A stretch of DNA of 64,000 nucleotides, taken from the sequence record PP449093.1. The stretch is one strand, 5' to 3'. Position 1 is the stretch's first letter. Each line of letters starts with the position of its first letter. Position numbers and translations under genes: made by a program. The DNA comes from Escherichia coli phage phiS. Shown piece after piece: positions 9,448-18,410 of this stretch. The notes beneath the pieces are model-generated. The model saw only the letters and a program-made list of their open reading frames with translations, did no database searches and was not told the DNA's origin.

Positions 9448-9720
9448 ATGTGCAACGAAAACAGCAAAGTGTTGGCAATTGCAGATAAAGTAGGTTACTG
9501 GAAATGCTGGGATGATATGGAGAAATTAGGCGGTCGCTATCTCGATAACTTAGAGTTGCATTATTGCCAAGCGCGTAATGCAGAAGTTGCGGGAGTAGCA
9601 ATCGAAGATATTCCGTCTAAAGTCTTCGGATTCTCTAAAGATGATACTCTAGAGTATGTTTTTAAGGCTGTAATGGATCAAGCATGGGAAGACGCAGAGA
9701 CACGCGCTCTTGATTGGTGA
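9448..9720 (+). CDS. hypothetical early protein (90 aa)
   Basis: ATG after GGAGAATCAAAG; ORF-track start at 9385 is the TTG of the -35 element. Confidence 0.6.
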   Translation: MCNENSKVLAIADKVGYWKCWDDMEKLGGRYLDNLELHYCQARNAEVAGVAIEDIPSKVFGFSKDDTLEYVFKAVMDQAWEDAETRALDW

Positions 9721-9724
9721 TAAT

Positions 9725-9943
9725 ATGAACTGGTATAAAATTTGGAAAAATCAGGTGGAGGCTTATCTAGGGTATAAGCCCACCGACGAAGAATTACTCG
9801 ATGCAATGTACGAAGACGGACTAAATCCGAAAGTAGCCGCGCAAGAATACGCGGAATGGATGAAGGTCGAAAAGAACCTAGAGGCAACGAAAAATTTTCA
9901 CGAAAATAATAAAAAAGCAGTTGACGCCAAAGGTCATCGGTAG
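9725..9943 (+). CDS. hypothetical early protein (72 aa)
   Basis: First ATG of ORF-track 9710..9943. Confidence 0.5.
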   Translation: MNWYKIWKNQVEAYLGYKPTDEELLDAMYEDGLNPKVAAQEYAEWMKVEKNLEATKNFHENNKKAVDAKGHR

Positions 9944-9949
9944 TATTAT
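9921..9949 (+). promoter_or_regulatory. early promoter cassette (TTGACG, 17 nt spacer, TATTAT)
   Basis: Promoter lies in the 3 prime end of the preceding ORF; conserved CCCATACCGAAACGAA leader. Confidence 0.6.
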
Positions 9950-9983
9950 ACCCCCATACCGAAACGAAGTGGAGGAAATAAAA

Positions 9984-10226
9984 ATGGTTAAAGTTAATGT
10001 TATCGAAGTTGCACTGTACGACGCTGGAATCTTCCTGAATGAAAAAGAAGCTGCCGTCCTCGACGAACTGAAAACTGTTTTTGTTCCTGTAGTAGAAGAC
10101 GTAGAAGCAATCAAAATCGCTTCTCGTAAACTGTCCCGTGAAGCATTTGACATGATTGATCCGGTTTTCAAAGTTATGCACGAATGCGCGGTTATGATGA
10201 CCGAAGAAGAAGCGAAAAATTTCTAA
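9984..10226 (+). CDS. hypothetical early protein (80 aa)
   Basis: ATG after GGAGGAAATAAAA; ORF-track start at 9921 is inside the promoter. Confidence 0.6.
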   Translation: MVKVNVIEVALYDAGIFLNEKEAAVLDELKTVFVPVVEDVEAIKIASRKLSREAFDMIDPVFKVMHECAVMMTEEEAKNF

Positions 10227-10233
10227 AAACCAG

Positions 10234-10262
10234 TTGACGTAAAGAAACGGGAGTAGTAAGAT
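10234..10262 (+). promoter_or_regulatory. early promoter cassette with GGGAGTAGTAAGATACTCCC hairpin around the -10
   Basis: TTGACG, 17 nt spacer, TAAGAT; 7-bp stems GGGAGTA/TACTCCC flank the -10. Confidence 0.65.
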
Positions 10263-10291
10263 ACTCCCATACCAAACGAAAGGAGAATCAC

Positions 10292-10504
10292 ATGAAATCT
10301 ATCGAGCAAGTAGTAACAGAGTTTATGAGCTACGAAGGAAACCGCATCTTTGGACGTTCTCAAGTTCGCGAGATCGTGGAAGAGGTCTCTGGAGAGTTTG
10401 CGGAATCTGGTCACGTTACCACGCAAGAACGTAAAGAAGAAGCAGTAAACCAGATCATGGCTATGCAGAAAATGCGTATTAATGCACGAGCGGGTAAAAA
10501 TTAA
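10292..10504 (+). CDS. hypothetical early protein (70 aa)
   Basis: ATG after GGAGAATCAC. Confidence 0.6.
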   Translation: MKSIEQVVTEFMSYEGNRIFGRSQVREIVEEVSGEFAESGHVTTQERKEEAVNQIMAMQKMRINARAGKN

Positions 10505-10511
10505 AAAGTAG

Positions 10512-10540
10512 TTGACACCGGATTAAGGGAGTAGTAAGAT
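10512..10540 (+). promoter_or_regulatory. early promoter cassette with GGGAGTAGTAAGATACTCCC hairpin
   Basis: TTGACA, 17 nt spacer, TAAGAT inside the dyad. Confidence 0.65.
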
Positions 10541-10573
10541 ACTCCCATCAAGAAAAACATTGAGGAATATATT

Positions 10574-11332
10574 ATGAAAAACATTATCGCTGCTATCGTT
10601 CTTTCTGCTACTGCTTTCGGTGCTAACGCTGCGTCCTTTGATTGCGCTAAAGCGACTACCAAATCAGAGAAGTTTATTTGTGCTAACGAGTCTATCTCCG
10701 CGCTGGATTCGAAACTTCATGAAGTATATGTTAAGGCTGTTAAGATTGATCCGTCTCTTAAACAAGAGCAACGCAACTGGAATAAAACTGTTCGTGATAC
10801 AATGATCAATATCGGGCAGATTCAGCCACTGGAGGCTGTATACAACGCTCAAATCCAAAACTTGATGAATGCATTACCTAAAGAAGAAACCGCGTCAGAA
10901 AGCGATTCAGAGACTTCTGTGAAGGTTGACGAAGAACAACCGAAACAGGAAGAAAAAGTGGTGGAAGAACCGAAGGTCGAAACTTTTACCTATCAATGCA
11001 CCGTTCGTTATGAGTGGAGTATGAAAGATGGAATTTCCACAAAAATTAAAGAAGCGCCACTGTATGCCAAATATGGAAATCAACCAGGAGATCTTAAAGT
11101 AACCATTAAAAATGGGAAGATGGTTGATTTTGTATACATTGATGAATACAACGTACACAAAGCAAACGTACAAGAAACCGTTATGACTAAAGGCGGGTTT
11201 TATAAGAATGTTGGCAAGAAAGATCTATATGAATACTCCGTTTTCGAACCAAACGACGGAACTATTCGATTTGAAAAACGTCATCCTACATTCGGTGGCG
11301 CAATTGATGTAGATCAATACGTTTGCAAGTAA
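10574..11332 (+). CDS. secreted protein with N-terminal LprI/DUF1311-like (lysozyme-inhibitor family) domain
   Basis: Signal peptide MKNIIAAIVLSATAFGANA; CxxAxTxxExxIC..LD..L..Y motif; acidic linker; C-terminal domain of about 120 aa. Confidence 0.55.
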   Translation: MKNIIAAIVLSATAFGANAASFDCAKATTKSEKFICANESISALDSKLHEVYVKAVKIDPSLKQEQRNWNKTVRDTMINIGQIQPLEAVYNAQIQNLMNALPKEETASESDSETSVKVDEEQPKQEEKVVEEPKVETFTYQCTVRYEWSMKDGISTKIKEAPLYAKYGNQPGDLKVTIKNGKMVDFVYIDEYNVHKANVQETVMTKGGFYKNVGKKDLYEYSVFEPNDGTIRFEKRHPTFGGAIDVDQYVCK

Positions 11333-11343
11333 GAGGTTAAATT

Positions 11344-11631
11344 ATGCAATTCAATAACATGAAGATTACAAAAGATTGGTGGAAGGCGATGCAAGATACT
11401 CCAGAAACCAAATTAAGCGAGACAACAACCACGATACAAGTTGATTACGAAGATCCGAAAGACATATACAGGGAAATTTTAATCAGAGAGCTTATAAAAG
11501 CTGGTAATTATCAAACACCGGACGGTCTTATTGACATGATGGTTAAAGGTCTGTATAGTGGTAAAAATCCAGATGTTTTACCGTGGTACGAGGGATATTT
11601 TAAAACATATCGTGACCACAACCGAAAATAA
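11344..11631 (+). CDS. hypothetical protein (95 aa)
   Basis: ORF with GAGG SD. Confidence 0.55.
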   Translation: MQFNNMKITKDWWKAMQDTPETKLSETTTTIQVDYEDPKDIYREILIRELIKAGNYQTPDGLIDMMVKGLYSGKNPDVLPWYEGYFKTYRDHNRK

Positions 11632-11654
11632 GTTGTTGACGTGAGGATTATATT

Positions 11655-11846
11655 ATGGTAATTTTTAATCGCGATGGTATCATAGTTCGGCAACATCCAT
11701 TCCTTGAATACTATCAGGTTGAACAATGGGGATATGGGGATTGCTCGCGATCATACGGTCAAAGCTGGGGATACCGTACAGTTTTTGAATCAACTAATAT
11801 TGACAAAGTACGACAGAAAGTTTTAGAACTTCTTAACGATAAGTGA
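11655..11846 (+). CDS. hypothetical protein (63 aa)
   Basis: ORF after GTGAGGATTATATT SD motif. Confidence 0.55.
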   Translation: MVIFNRDGIIVRQHPFLEYYQVEQWGYGDCSRSYGQSWGYRTVFESTNIDKVRQKVLELLNDK

Positions 11847-11856
11847 GGATTACATC

Positions 11857-12225
11857 ATGGAAATTCAAAACAATTACGAAAAATGTGTTATTATCAATGA
11901 TTTGCAACGTCAATTGCATCATTACGAAACCGATTATAAAACATCAACAAAAACCGGAAAGTTGAAAGTGTGGGAAGTCTGGTATAACCGAAACTATCTG
12001 GGAAGCATCCACAAACTTGATCGCAGTGATGTTTATACAATGCATGTGGGCGCTTGTGGTGAATCGGATGTAGCATTTAATTTCATGGAAGCACTTGCAT
12101 TCTATGTAGAATATCTGGTAGACTATATCGAGTTGGAAGAGGAAGTGGTAGAATTGCTTCCTCCACCGGAAGAAGCGCCGGAAGCAACGATCCTGAAAGC
12201 ATTAAAGAAAATCTTTGTTAAGTGA
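11857..12225 (+). CDS. hypothetical protein (122 aa), acidic C-terminus
   Basis: ORF after AGTGAGGATTACATC SD motif. Confidence 0.55.
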   Translation: MEIQNNYEKCVIINDLQRQLHHYETDYKTSTKTGKLKVWEVWYNRNYLGSIHKLDRSDVYTMHVGACGESDVAFNFMEALAFYVEYLVDYIELEEEVVELLPPPEEAPEATILKALKKIFVK

Positions 12226-12233
12226 GGTGAACT

Positions 12234-12566
12234 ATGAAAAATGTACTGATTGTGTGGGAACTGATTCCAGAAACTACTGAATTATACATGGTACAGGTTG
12301 ACAATAAAGAATTTGAAATTCTGAAACGCGTCAACTGCAAATATATTAACATTGATGACATGACCCCAGAAATGGACTATGTAAACTATGCTCTCATGCA
12401 GCCTAGTTGGATTATGGATGAAACTAAAGCAGACGCCGAATCACTGGGTGTACCGGAAGAAGTATTAGCGAAATGGCATCAATTCAAAGTTGAAATAAAA
12501 GAGGGTGAACCGTTTATTCCTAGCGGTATGATCGATGCGGTGATTGTAACAGGTTTTCATCTGTAA
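12234..12566 (+). CDS. hypothetical protein (110 aa)
   Basis: ORF after AGTGAGGTGA SD. Confidence 0.55.
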   Translation: MKNVLIVWELIPETTELYMVQVDNKEFEILKRVNCKYINIDDMTPEMDYVNYALMQPSWIMDETKADAESLGVPEEVLAKWHQFKVEIKEGEPFIPSGMIDAVIVTGFHL

Positions 12567-12578
12567 GGACATTATACA

Positions 12579-12911
12579 ATGTTTAATTATGACAAATATG
12601 AATCATGGAAAGCAACCGAATTGAAAGAGGCAGCGCGGTTAATCACACCGCGTCTTTATCCGGTGTTGTTTAGCGCCGATAAAGTAACAAGGGAAGTAAA
12701 CGAGGCGCTATCGGTTTTAGGCTATCTGATCGATAAAGTAGAGAAAACATCGGTATTCACAAATAGCGTAGAATATACCAGATATCGAGTGTTTTTAGAT
12801 TCCTTGCTCGTTGTCATTAAGGCACTAAATGATCATAACTACACCATGAACATGACGAAAATAATCGACGAAGCAAGAATTATGACAGAGAATATTTTCG
12901 GTAAATTTTGA
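12579..12911 (+). CDS. hypothetical protein (110 aa), paralog of 13026..13349
   Basis: C-terminal ...DEARIMTENIFGKF resembles ...KDARKLAENVYGKF of the neighbour. Confidence 0.55.
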   Translation: MFNYDKYESWKATELKEAARLITPRLYPVLFSADKVTREVNEALSVLGYLIDKVEKTSVFTNSVEYTRYRVFLDSLLVVIKALNDHNYTMNMTKIIDEARIMTENIFGKF

Positions 12912-12913
12912 TT

Positions 12914-13039
12914 ATGAAAGATGATGAATCATTGAAAATTGCACTGGTTATGCTATTACAAGGTATAGAATTAGCAAACCACGAAAAAATGTTGAAACAA
13001 CAGCGTGAAATTATGAGAGGTGATTATGATCGAGTTTGA
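12914..13039 (+). CDS. possible small ORF (41 aa)
   Basis: ATG directly after the upstream stop; overlaps start of the next gene; weak. Confidence 0.3.
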   Translation: MKDDESLKIALVMLLQGIELANHEKMLKQQREIMRGDYDRV

Positions 13040-13349
13040 AATTGACAACTTTCACGAAAAAGCAGAAGACCTAACCAAAATTTTGATTAGTCGAGGTGCA
13101 TATAATACGAAAGATATTATAAAAGAAGTTAATGTAGCGATGGACGCGATCCGAAAGGAATTTAAACACATTTCAGCGATTGGAGAAAATGGTCATCTTG
13201 AAGATGTTGAGCTGGTAGCACTGCGACGCTATTACTTCTTTGTTGATTGTATCATTGATCTAGCTAAAAATTATAGTCATTACATGAAAGATATTGTAAA
13301 AGATGCACGTAAGCTGGCAGAGAATGTTTACGGGAAGTTTCCAGAATGA
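13026..13349 (+). CDS. hypothetical protein (107 aa), paralog of 12579..12911
   Basis: ATG after GAGAGGTGA; shared C-terminal motif. Confidence 0.55.
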   Translation: MIEFEIDNFHEKAEDLTKILISRGAYNTKDIIKEVNVAMDAIRKEFKHISAIGENGHLEDVELVALRRYYFFVDCIIDLAKNYSHYMKDIVKDARKLAENVYGKFPE

Positions 13350-13594
13350 AATTAGAGCAAGCGATTGTATACTTTGAGATGGGCTATGATATTGCTCGTG
13401 TAGAGTGGGAAGATGGTGATTTTGTCCGATTGATTGATCTTCCAGAAACAGCTATTGCACTGGTCAAAGTAGAAAACGGCATACAACGAAATTACGCGTT
13501 CTCTGACGAAGACAAACAAGCAGATGACTGGTACGCTACATGTTTTCATCATACAGCGTCAAAATGTGATTCAGGGGCTTCTATGCGCCAATAA
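13346..13594 (+). CDS. hypothetical protein (82 aa)
   Basis: ATGA overlap with upstream gene. Confidence 0.5.
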   Translation: MKLEQAIVYFEMGYDIARVEWEDGDFVRLIDLPETAIALVKVENGIQRNYAFSDEDKQADDWYATCFHHTASKCDSGASMRQ

Positions 13595-13597
13595 AAA

Positions 13598-13626
13598 GAA
13601 GGGGAGGCCGAAAGGCTTCCCCTTTA
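13598..13626. terminator. bidirectional terminator hairpin between convergent genes
   Basis: AAGGGGAGGCC-GAAA-GGCTTCCCCTT with A/T runs on both sides. Confidence 0.6.
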
Positions 13627-13628
13627 AG

Positions 13629-14285
13629 TTATCTAATCCTTCCGAGGATTCTGGCAGATTGATTGCAAAGAGTATCTAAATTCTCAATGTCAATATCCGG
13701 TTTATTCTTCCATGCAATGGAGATACTACCAGAATAGACATTATCGAGATTGAATATAGGACAAGAATACATAACCCCTATATCGATACTCTCTAATTTC
13801 TTTTCTCTTGATGGAATATACTGGAAATCTTTATCGGTAAAATAGGATTTACCTAAAAGATGTCTACGATATTCTTCACTCGTTTTATTGATAGGGAATC
13901 CGCCTAAATTTTTTTCATCGATTGTATGCGGTAGCTTTCCTTCATATGCCACCAAATCAACAAAATAGTTTAGGTTTTTCGGACGAAAACTAAAAACAGC
14001 AGAAAAATCGGCATCAGCCGACACATGAACTATCTGTAACTGCTCCTGTGCTGCATTATCAAAATTGCGGTCTTTCTCTACCTGGAGAACGTGAGCATAA
14101 GTCTCATAACGAGTCTCTTTATAAAGCGCAAATAACTCGTTTTTACTATAAACGACAAATGCTAATATAGACAACACGACGGCAGCAAAAACACGAAGTA
14201 CGAGCAACTCCGTGCTTTTAGTTGTGAAAATAGCGCGCAGGACATTTGAGATAGCAAAGTCTTTCCCTTTTTCAGAAACTTGCAT
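13629..14285 (-). CDS. t: holin
   Basis: 218 aa; resembles T4 holin T from memory (EQLQIVH.S.DADFSAVYSFRPKNLNYFVD..AYEGKLP, MYSCP.FNLDN.Y.G, ARILGR). Confidence 0.9.
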   Translation of the reverse strand: MQVSEKGKDFAISNVLRAIFTTKSTELLVLRVFAAVVLSILAFVVYSKNELFALYKETRYETYAHVLQVEKDRNFDNAAQEQLQIVHVSADADFSAVFSFRPKNLNYFVDLVAYEGKLPHTIDEKNLGGFPINKTSEEYRRHLLGKSYFTDKDFQYIPSREKKLESIDIGVMYSCPIFNLDNVYSGSISIAWKNKPDIDIENLDTLCNQSARILGRIR

Positions 14286-14318
14286 ATAATGCCCTAAGAT
14301 AACTATGACAGTGTACTC

Positions 14319-14558
14319 TTATTTAGGTAGTTGACTATCACTAGGTTTATCTTGCTCGTTGCTATCTTCTGACTGATCTTTATTAAACTCCTTATAAAGT
14401 TCTTCCACAAAACGATCATCAATTGGCGTATTGGTATAAGCCGCAAGACGACGAGCGCAATAGAAGAAAATTTTAGTGAGCATTTTTTCACTAATTAACT
14501 TTGACAATAATTTCATTCCGAAATTAGACAAAGCACCAATGACGATATTATAGACCAT
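14319..14558 (-). CDS. hypothetical small protein (79 aa), hydrophobic N-terminus, acidic C-terminus
   Basis: Minus-strand ORF with AAGGAG SD 7 nt upstream; between holin and gp38. Confidence 0.5.
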   Translation of the reverse strand: MVYNIVIGALSNFGMKLLSKLISEKMLTKIFFYCARRLAAYTNTPIDDRFVEELYKEFNKDQSEDSNEQDKPSDSQLPK

Positions 14559-14622
14559 AGCCGTTTCTCCTTAGTAGTTTCCCTTCCGTGGGAGTTTTCC
14601 TTAATTCTTTTTATAATTAAGT

Positions 14623-15405
14623 CTAAACAGCCGGTCCGTAAATGGCTCCGCGATTTTGCCACGTTGGGGCAGACCCTATAACAGCATAACCGGCATCGCC
14701 GCCATTGTATTCATATCCTTGACCACGAATATTACATCTACCTCCTGCGGCGCCTACCTCACCACCGCTTCCGCCATTATAGACATCGTTCATGGACCCC
14801 GAACCAGGCGCATAAAGAGTACCAGCAGTTGCGCCTGATTGCATGTTGGCAGATCCACCAGCAGCACCAAACGGACGACCGCCGCCACCACCAAAAGTTA
14901 ATTTCATTGGTTTCGTAGGAGAATAATACCCACCACCTCCACCGCCACCGCCGCCAGCGATAGCACCGCCATTATTAATTCTTAGCCTCCCACCAATATC
15001 ATTTTGAATACAATGACCCCCAGCTGATCCAGGACTATTGCTACCGCCATTCCCTCCACGACCATACATCGTTACGCCATGTATATTCAACTGAACATAT
15101 TCATTCGGTGTATCTCCATACATAAAGAATAAAGGAACATCTTTAGAATATGATACTAAATCTCCAGTGATATTAAACACTATAGGTGTACTACCTGCCT
15201 CAAAGCATCTATCACGGAACCACTGACCATTGAAGTTATGGTCTGCTCCAAGTGTATGAATAATTTCTCGCGAGCGACCTGCAAATTGACTCATCCAGCA
15301 AGGAACACCCAATCTTAATTGACCAGCCGCTTGACTCATCCATCGTTGTCCTGTTTCATTTACGGATGAACTACCAATCCAACCAGGAACACCAACTACT
15401 GCCAT
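14623..15405 (-). CDS. 38: T2-type receptor-recognising tail fibre adhesin gp38
   Basis: N-terminus [51 protein letters not shown] as recalled for T2-family gp38; glycine-rich motifs (GGGGGGGGG) separating variable segments. Confidence 0.9.
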   Translation of the reverse strand: MAVVGVPGWIGSSSVNETGQRWMSQAAGQLRLGVPCWMSQFAGRSREIIHTLGADHNFNGQWFRDRCFEAGSTPIVFNITGDLVSYSKDVPLFFMYGDTPNEYVQLNIHGVTMYGRGGNGGSNSPGSAGGHCIQNDIGGRLRINNGGAIAGGGGGGGGGYYSPTKPMKLTFGGGGGRPFGAAGGSANMQSGATAGTLYAPGSGSMNDVYNGGSGGEVGAAGGRCNIRGQGYEYNGGDAGYAVIGSAPTWQNRGAIYGPAV

Positions 15406-15441
15406 AATTTATACTCCAAAGGGGGCATTGCCCCCTTGTTG

Positions 15442-18342
15442 TTAGAATTTAAAATATTTACTAATTTTGCGAGCAATTTTAGTGAAGAAAGGAGTTTTCA
15501 ATTCTTTAATTTCTTCACTCATTTCCTGAATAGCCTTAATTAAAAGAGCATTCACAGCAGAGTTAGAAATTGTCAGAACATCGTCTGGATTATCAAGATT
15601 GCCAACCTTTGAAGATTTTACAGCTTCCGGTAATATTTCTTGTAAATCCTGTGCGATAATGCCGATCTCGTGACCGATAATTTCACGGTCTTTAAGAGAT
15701 TTAACTTTATCGTAAGTTTTCACTTTCAGTTTGCCAATTAAACTTAACGCATTTCCTGTATAATCTTCTATATTGTCTTTAAGGCGACGATCTGAACGAA
15801 TATACACATCGTTAAAGCTACCGTTTCCGGTTGCGTTAAATTCACCGCTTGCGTGGAATTGGAACTCCCCAGCTTGAACATGAAGAACAGCGGCTGCGGT
15901 ATTATTACCATCACCGGGACAATGAACGTCCATAGCAGCGATATATTGACGCCCCCAATCAACCGCTTTCCAAACAGCATGAGCACTGTCAATACTTTTC
16001 TGGCAGTCAACCAACAAACCAGCAGGGCGGTCTCTCCATGAAACATATGCACCACCATCAACTTCACCACGGATAAGTCCTTGATCTGCGGCATAAGGAA
16101 CACGCCCTTCCAGTTGAATCATTGCGCCCTTAAAGTGATGACTAAATGGTCCACCGTGGTTATTGCGAATATGTAAAATACCCTCATCGGTCGCCCAAAT
16201 AACAGCCTTTTCTGTTTCGCTAGCATCTCTAAACCAGATATGGCGTGCACCAGTTGAGTTTTTGATGGTTATTCCATTAGGTCCACGCACGGTCAAAGCA
16301 CCGGATACATCAAATAAAACGGTGTCATCTGTTCTACGTTCCGTATAGAAGTGATAACCTTTGGAATCACCGATTTCCATTACTGCCGCGCGTCCAACTT
16401 CTGAATTTCCCCAATTGTTGATAGAGAATCGTTCAGAGCTATTATTCATCTGATTTAGGTATAATGTACCGTCAGTGAAGGTTTCGCCAAAGAATCTGGT
16501 TTTAACGCCGTTAGTACCCCCCACGCGTTCAAATTCAGCCAAGAAACCTTTGGAATCTCGCATACTCAAAACGTTATTGCGTCCTGTATTACTGTTACCC
16601 CAATGGATTAATTCAATATAGTCCATTGACTGACGAGACCCTGATCTAAACACCATATTATCTTCGATGCGGGTGCTACCATCAATTCCCAGATGTAAAC
16701 AGCGTGCGGTAGCTGTGCCACCTAGATCTAATCCACCTTCGGCGAAATCATAGCTGAATGGTCTACGAGTATTCCAATTTCCAAAAGAATCTTTTAAATC
16801 GGTAGTCAGTATATGGAAACTAGTACCATCATTTCTAAAAATTAAGCCATAATTGCCACCTTTAACAGCCAAACGAGCATTTTCAGATAATGCAACTTCG
16901 CTATTCATTACAATTTTCTGGCCTTTACCGCCAGTAATATGCAATTCACCGTTTTCGATCAAGTTTATTGAGTTTTGACCGTTATCGTTCCACCAAATAA
17001 AATCTTTGGTCGTCAAATCACCAAAACCAAACCAGCCATTACGAACATCTTGACCAGTGCGATAATCCATAAAATTAAAATGGCTTGCTTCGTTTGGTCC
17101 TCGACGAATATCAATACCAGCATTAGAACCGGAACCTAAGCCACCATCGATGGTCAATCTACGAATATGCAAACCGGTTACAGCCGAAAGCAATAATTGT
17201 TGGGTTACATCGGTATATCCAGTAGCAAGACGATAATTTTGGTCATCAACACTTTCGTGCCAGATAGTGGCAGGACCAGAGCTTCTAAACCGACGTAACA
17301 TCTTTTTAGCATTTGTCGGTTGTTCGTTCATATGCTCAATGTCATATTGTCCTTGATGGTTGCCAGCAAAATTTAATGTTCCACGGTTACTGAAACTGTT
17401 AAAAGAGCGTATTGTATATGCATCATAGATATGATCAGCTACAGGTTTTTCGCCTACATATTCAGGTCGATCAAGTACAGTTAAATTAACATCGCTGGAC
17501 GCTTGATATTCAGCCATTACCATATTAGTAAATTCGAAGTAACATGCATAGATATCATAAGTGTCATCACCTGTATTAATGGCACAAAATTGATTTTCGT
17601 AACCGGAAACATGATGATACGCAACAAAGTTAATTCCTTTAGGCGAACCGTTGCTAGTCCTTATAACAAGTTCAATAATATTACATTGTCCAGTTCGTCC
17701 TACGTTCCACCCATTTCCACCAATCAATCTAATTTTCAAGCCACGTCCGTCATTTTGCGGAATAAAGGCGGTAGCAATTTTAAACCATCCACTTTCTACA
17801 CCAAAGTTGATGGTCTTCTGGAACATCCGATCTACTTCTTGCTTGCTGTATACATTCAATTCCGACGGACTAGGCTTATCTCCTTCGTGATACATGCGAT
17901 ATGAATATGCTAATACACCATCGGCATTATAACCATAGGTTTTTACAGTAGGGACAATGCTAGAACCATAAGTAAAATCAAACCCACGAGCATGATTGAT
18001 ACCGCTAGGATGGGGAATATGCAAAGCAAGTGCTAGATGACCATCCATATCATTAGTGCGAAATGCCCCGAATTTGTCAAGATTTCGTGCGGTCGGATCA
18101 TCGAAATAGTTTGCGGTATTACTCCACACAAGGTCACCCACAACCACGCGACCGTTTACATTAAAGCCTTTGTCATAAACAGGAGGGCAGCTTAAATTAA
18201 CAATTTGCCCATCATCATTTTTTGTAAGCAGATATTGGTCTGCTAAGTTAATTGCCAACTCTCCCGGATTCATCGTACCAGCATCCGGTTTACGTCCGGC
18301 TGCGCTAGTGCGTTTAAACTGGATTCTGTTTAAATCTGCCAT
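15442..18342 (-). CDS. 37: long tail fibre distal subunit gp37 with C-terminal intramolecular-chaperone-like domain
   Basis: N-terminus matches T4 gp37 pattern (M.DL..IQFKR...G..P...GELAINL.D); C-terminal SDRRLKDNIED motif resembles peptidase S74 self-cleaving chaperone domains. Confidence 0.85.
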   Translation of the reverse strand: MADLNRIQFKRTSAAGRKPDAGTMNPGELAINLADQYLLTKNDDGQIVNLSCPPVYDKGFNVNGRVVVGDLVWSNTANYFDDPTARNLDKFGAFRTNDMDGHLALALHIPHPSGINHARGFDFTYGSSIVPTVKTYGYNADGVLAYSYRMYHEGDKPSPSELNVYSKQEVDRMFQKTINFGVESGWFKIATAFIPQNDGRGLKIRLIGGNGWNVGRTGQCNIIELVIRTSNGSPKGINFVAYHHVSGYENQFCAINTGDDTYDIYACYFEFTNMVMAEYQASSDVNLTVLDRPEYVGEKPVADHIYDAYTIRSFNSFSNRGTLNFAGNHQGQYDIEHMNEQPTNAKKMLRRFRSSGPATIWHESVDDQNYRLATGYTDVTQQLLLSAVTGLHIRRLTIDGGLGSGSNAGIDIRRGPNEASHFNFMDYRTGQDVRNGWFGFGDLTTKDFIWWNDNGQNSINLIENGELHITGGKGQKIVMNSEVALSENARLAVKGGNYGLIFRNDGTSFHILTTDLKDSFGNWNTRRPFSYDFAEGGLDLGGTATARCLHLGIDGSTRIEDNMVFRSGSRQSMDYIELIHWGNSNTGRNNVLSMRDSKGFLAEFERVGGTNGVKTRFFGETFTDGTLYLNQMNNSSERFSINNWGNSEVGRAAVMEIGDSKGYHFYTERRTDDTVLFDVSGALTVRGPNGITIKNSTGARHIWFRDASETEKAVIWATDEGILHIRNNHGGPFSHHFKGAMIQLEGRVPYAADQGLIRGEVDGGAYVSWRDRPAGLLVDCQKSIDSAHAVWKAVDWGRQYIAAMDVHCPGDGNNTAAAVLHVQAGEFQFHASGEFNATGNGSFNDVYIRSDRRLKDNIEDYTGNALSLIGKLKVKTYDKVKSLKDREIIGHEIGIIAQDLQEILPEAVKSSKVGNLDNPDDVLTISNSAVNALLIKAIQEMSEEIKELKTPFFTKIARKISKYFKF

Positions 18343-18410
18343 TTTATAAAATCCTTAAACGGTTATTAGAATAATATTATTTAGAAAAGCGGGGATTCTC
18401 CCCGCTAGAA

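Noticed and set aside
9385-9720. ORF-track starts at 9385, 9921, 2335, 8740, 43654 and 52681
   Set aside because: These begin at TTG/GTG codons inside -35 elements or upstream spacers; the ATG behind the conserved Shine-Dalgarno was used instead.
11636-11641. TTGACG upstream of the 11655 ORF as a promoter -35
   Set aside because: No -10 element at the right spacing; the following GTGAGGATTATATT is the recurrent ribosome-binding motif.
15406-15413. TATAAATT on the minus strand immediately upstream of gp38 as a late promoter
   Set aside because: It abuts the start codon and overlaps the Shine-Dalgarno region, leaving no room for a 5 prime UTR.
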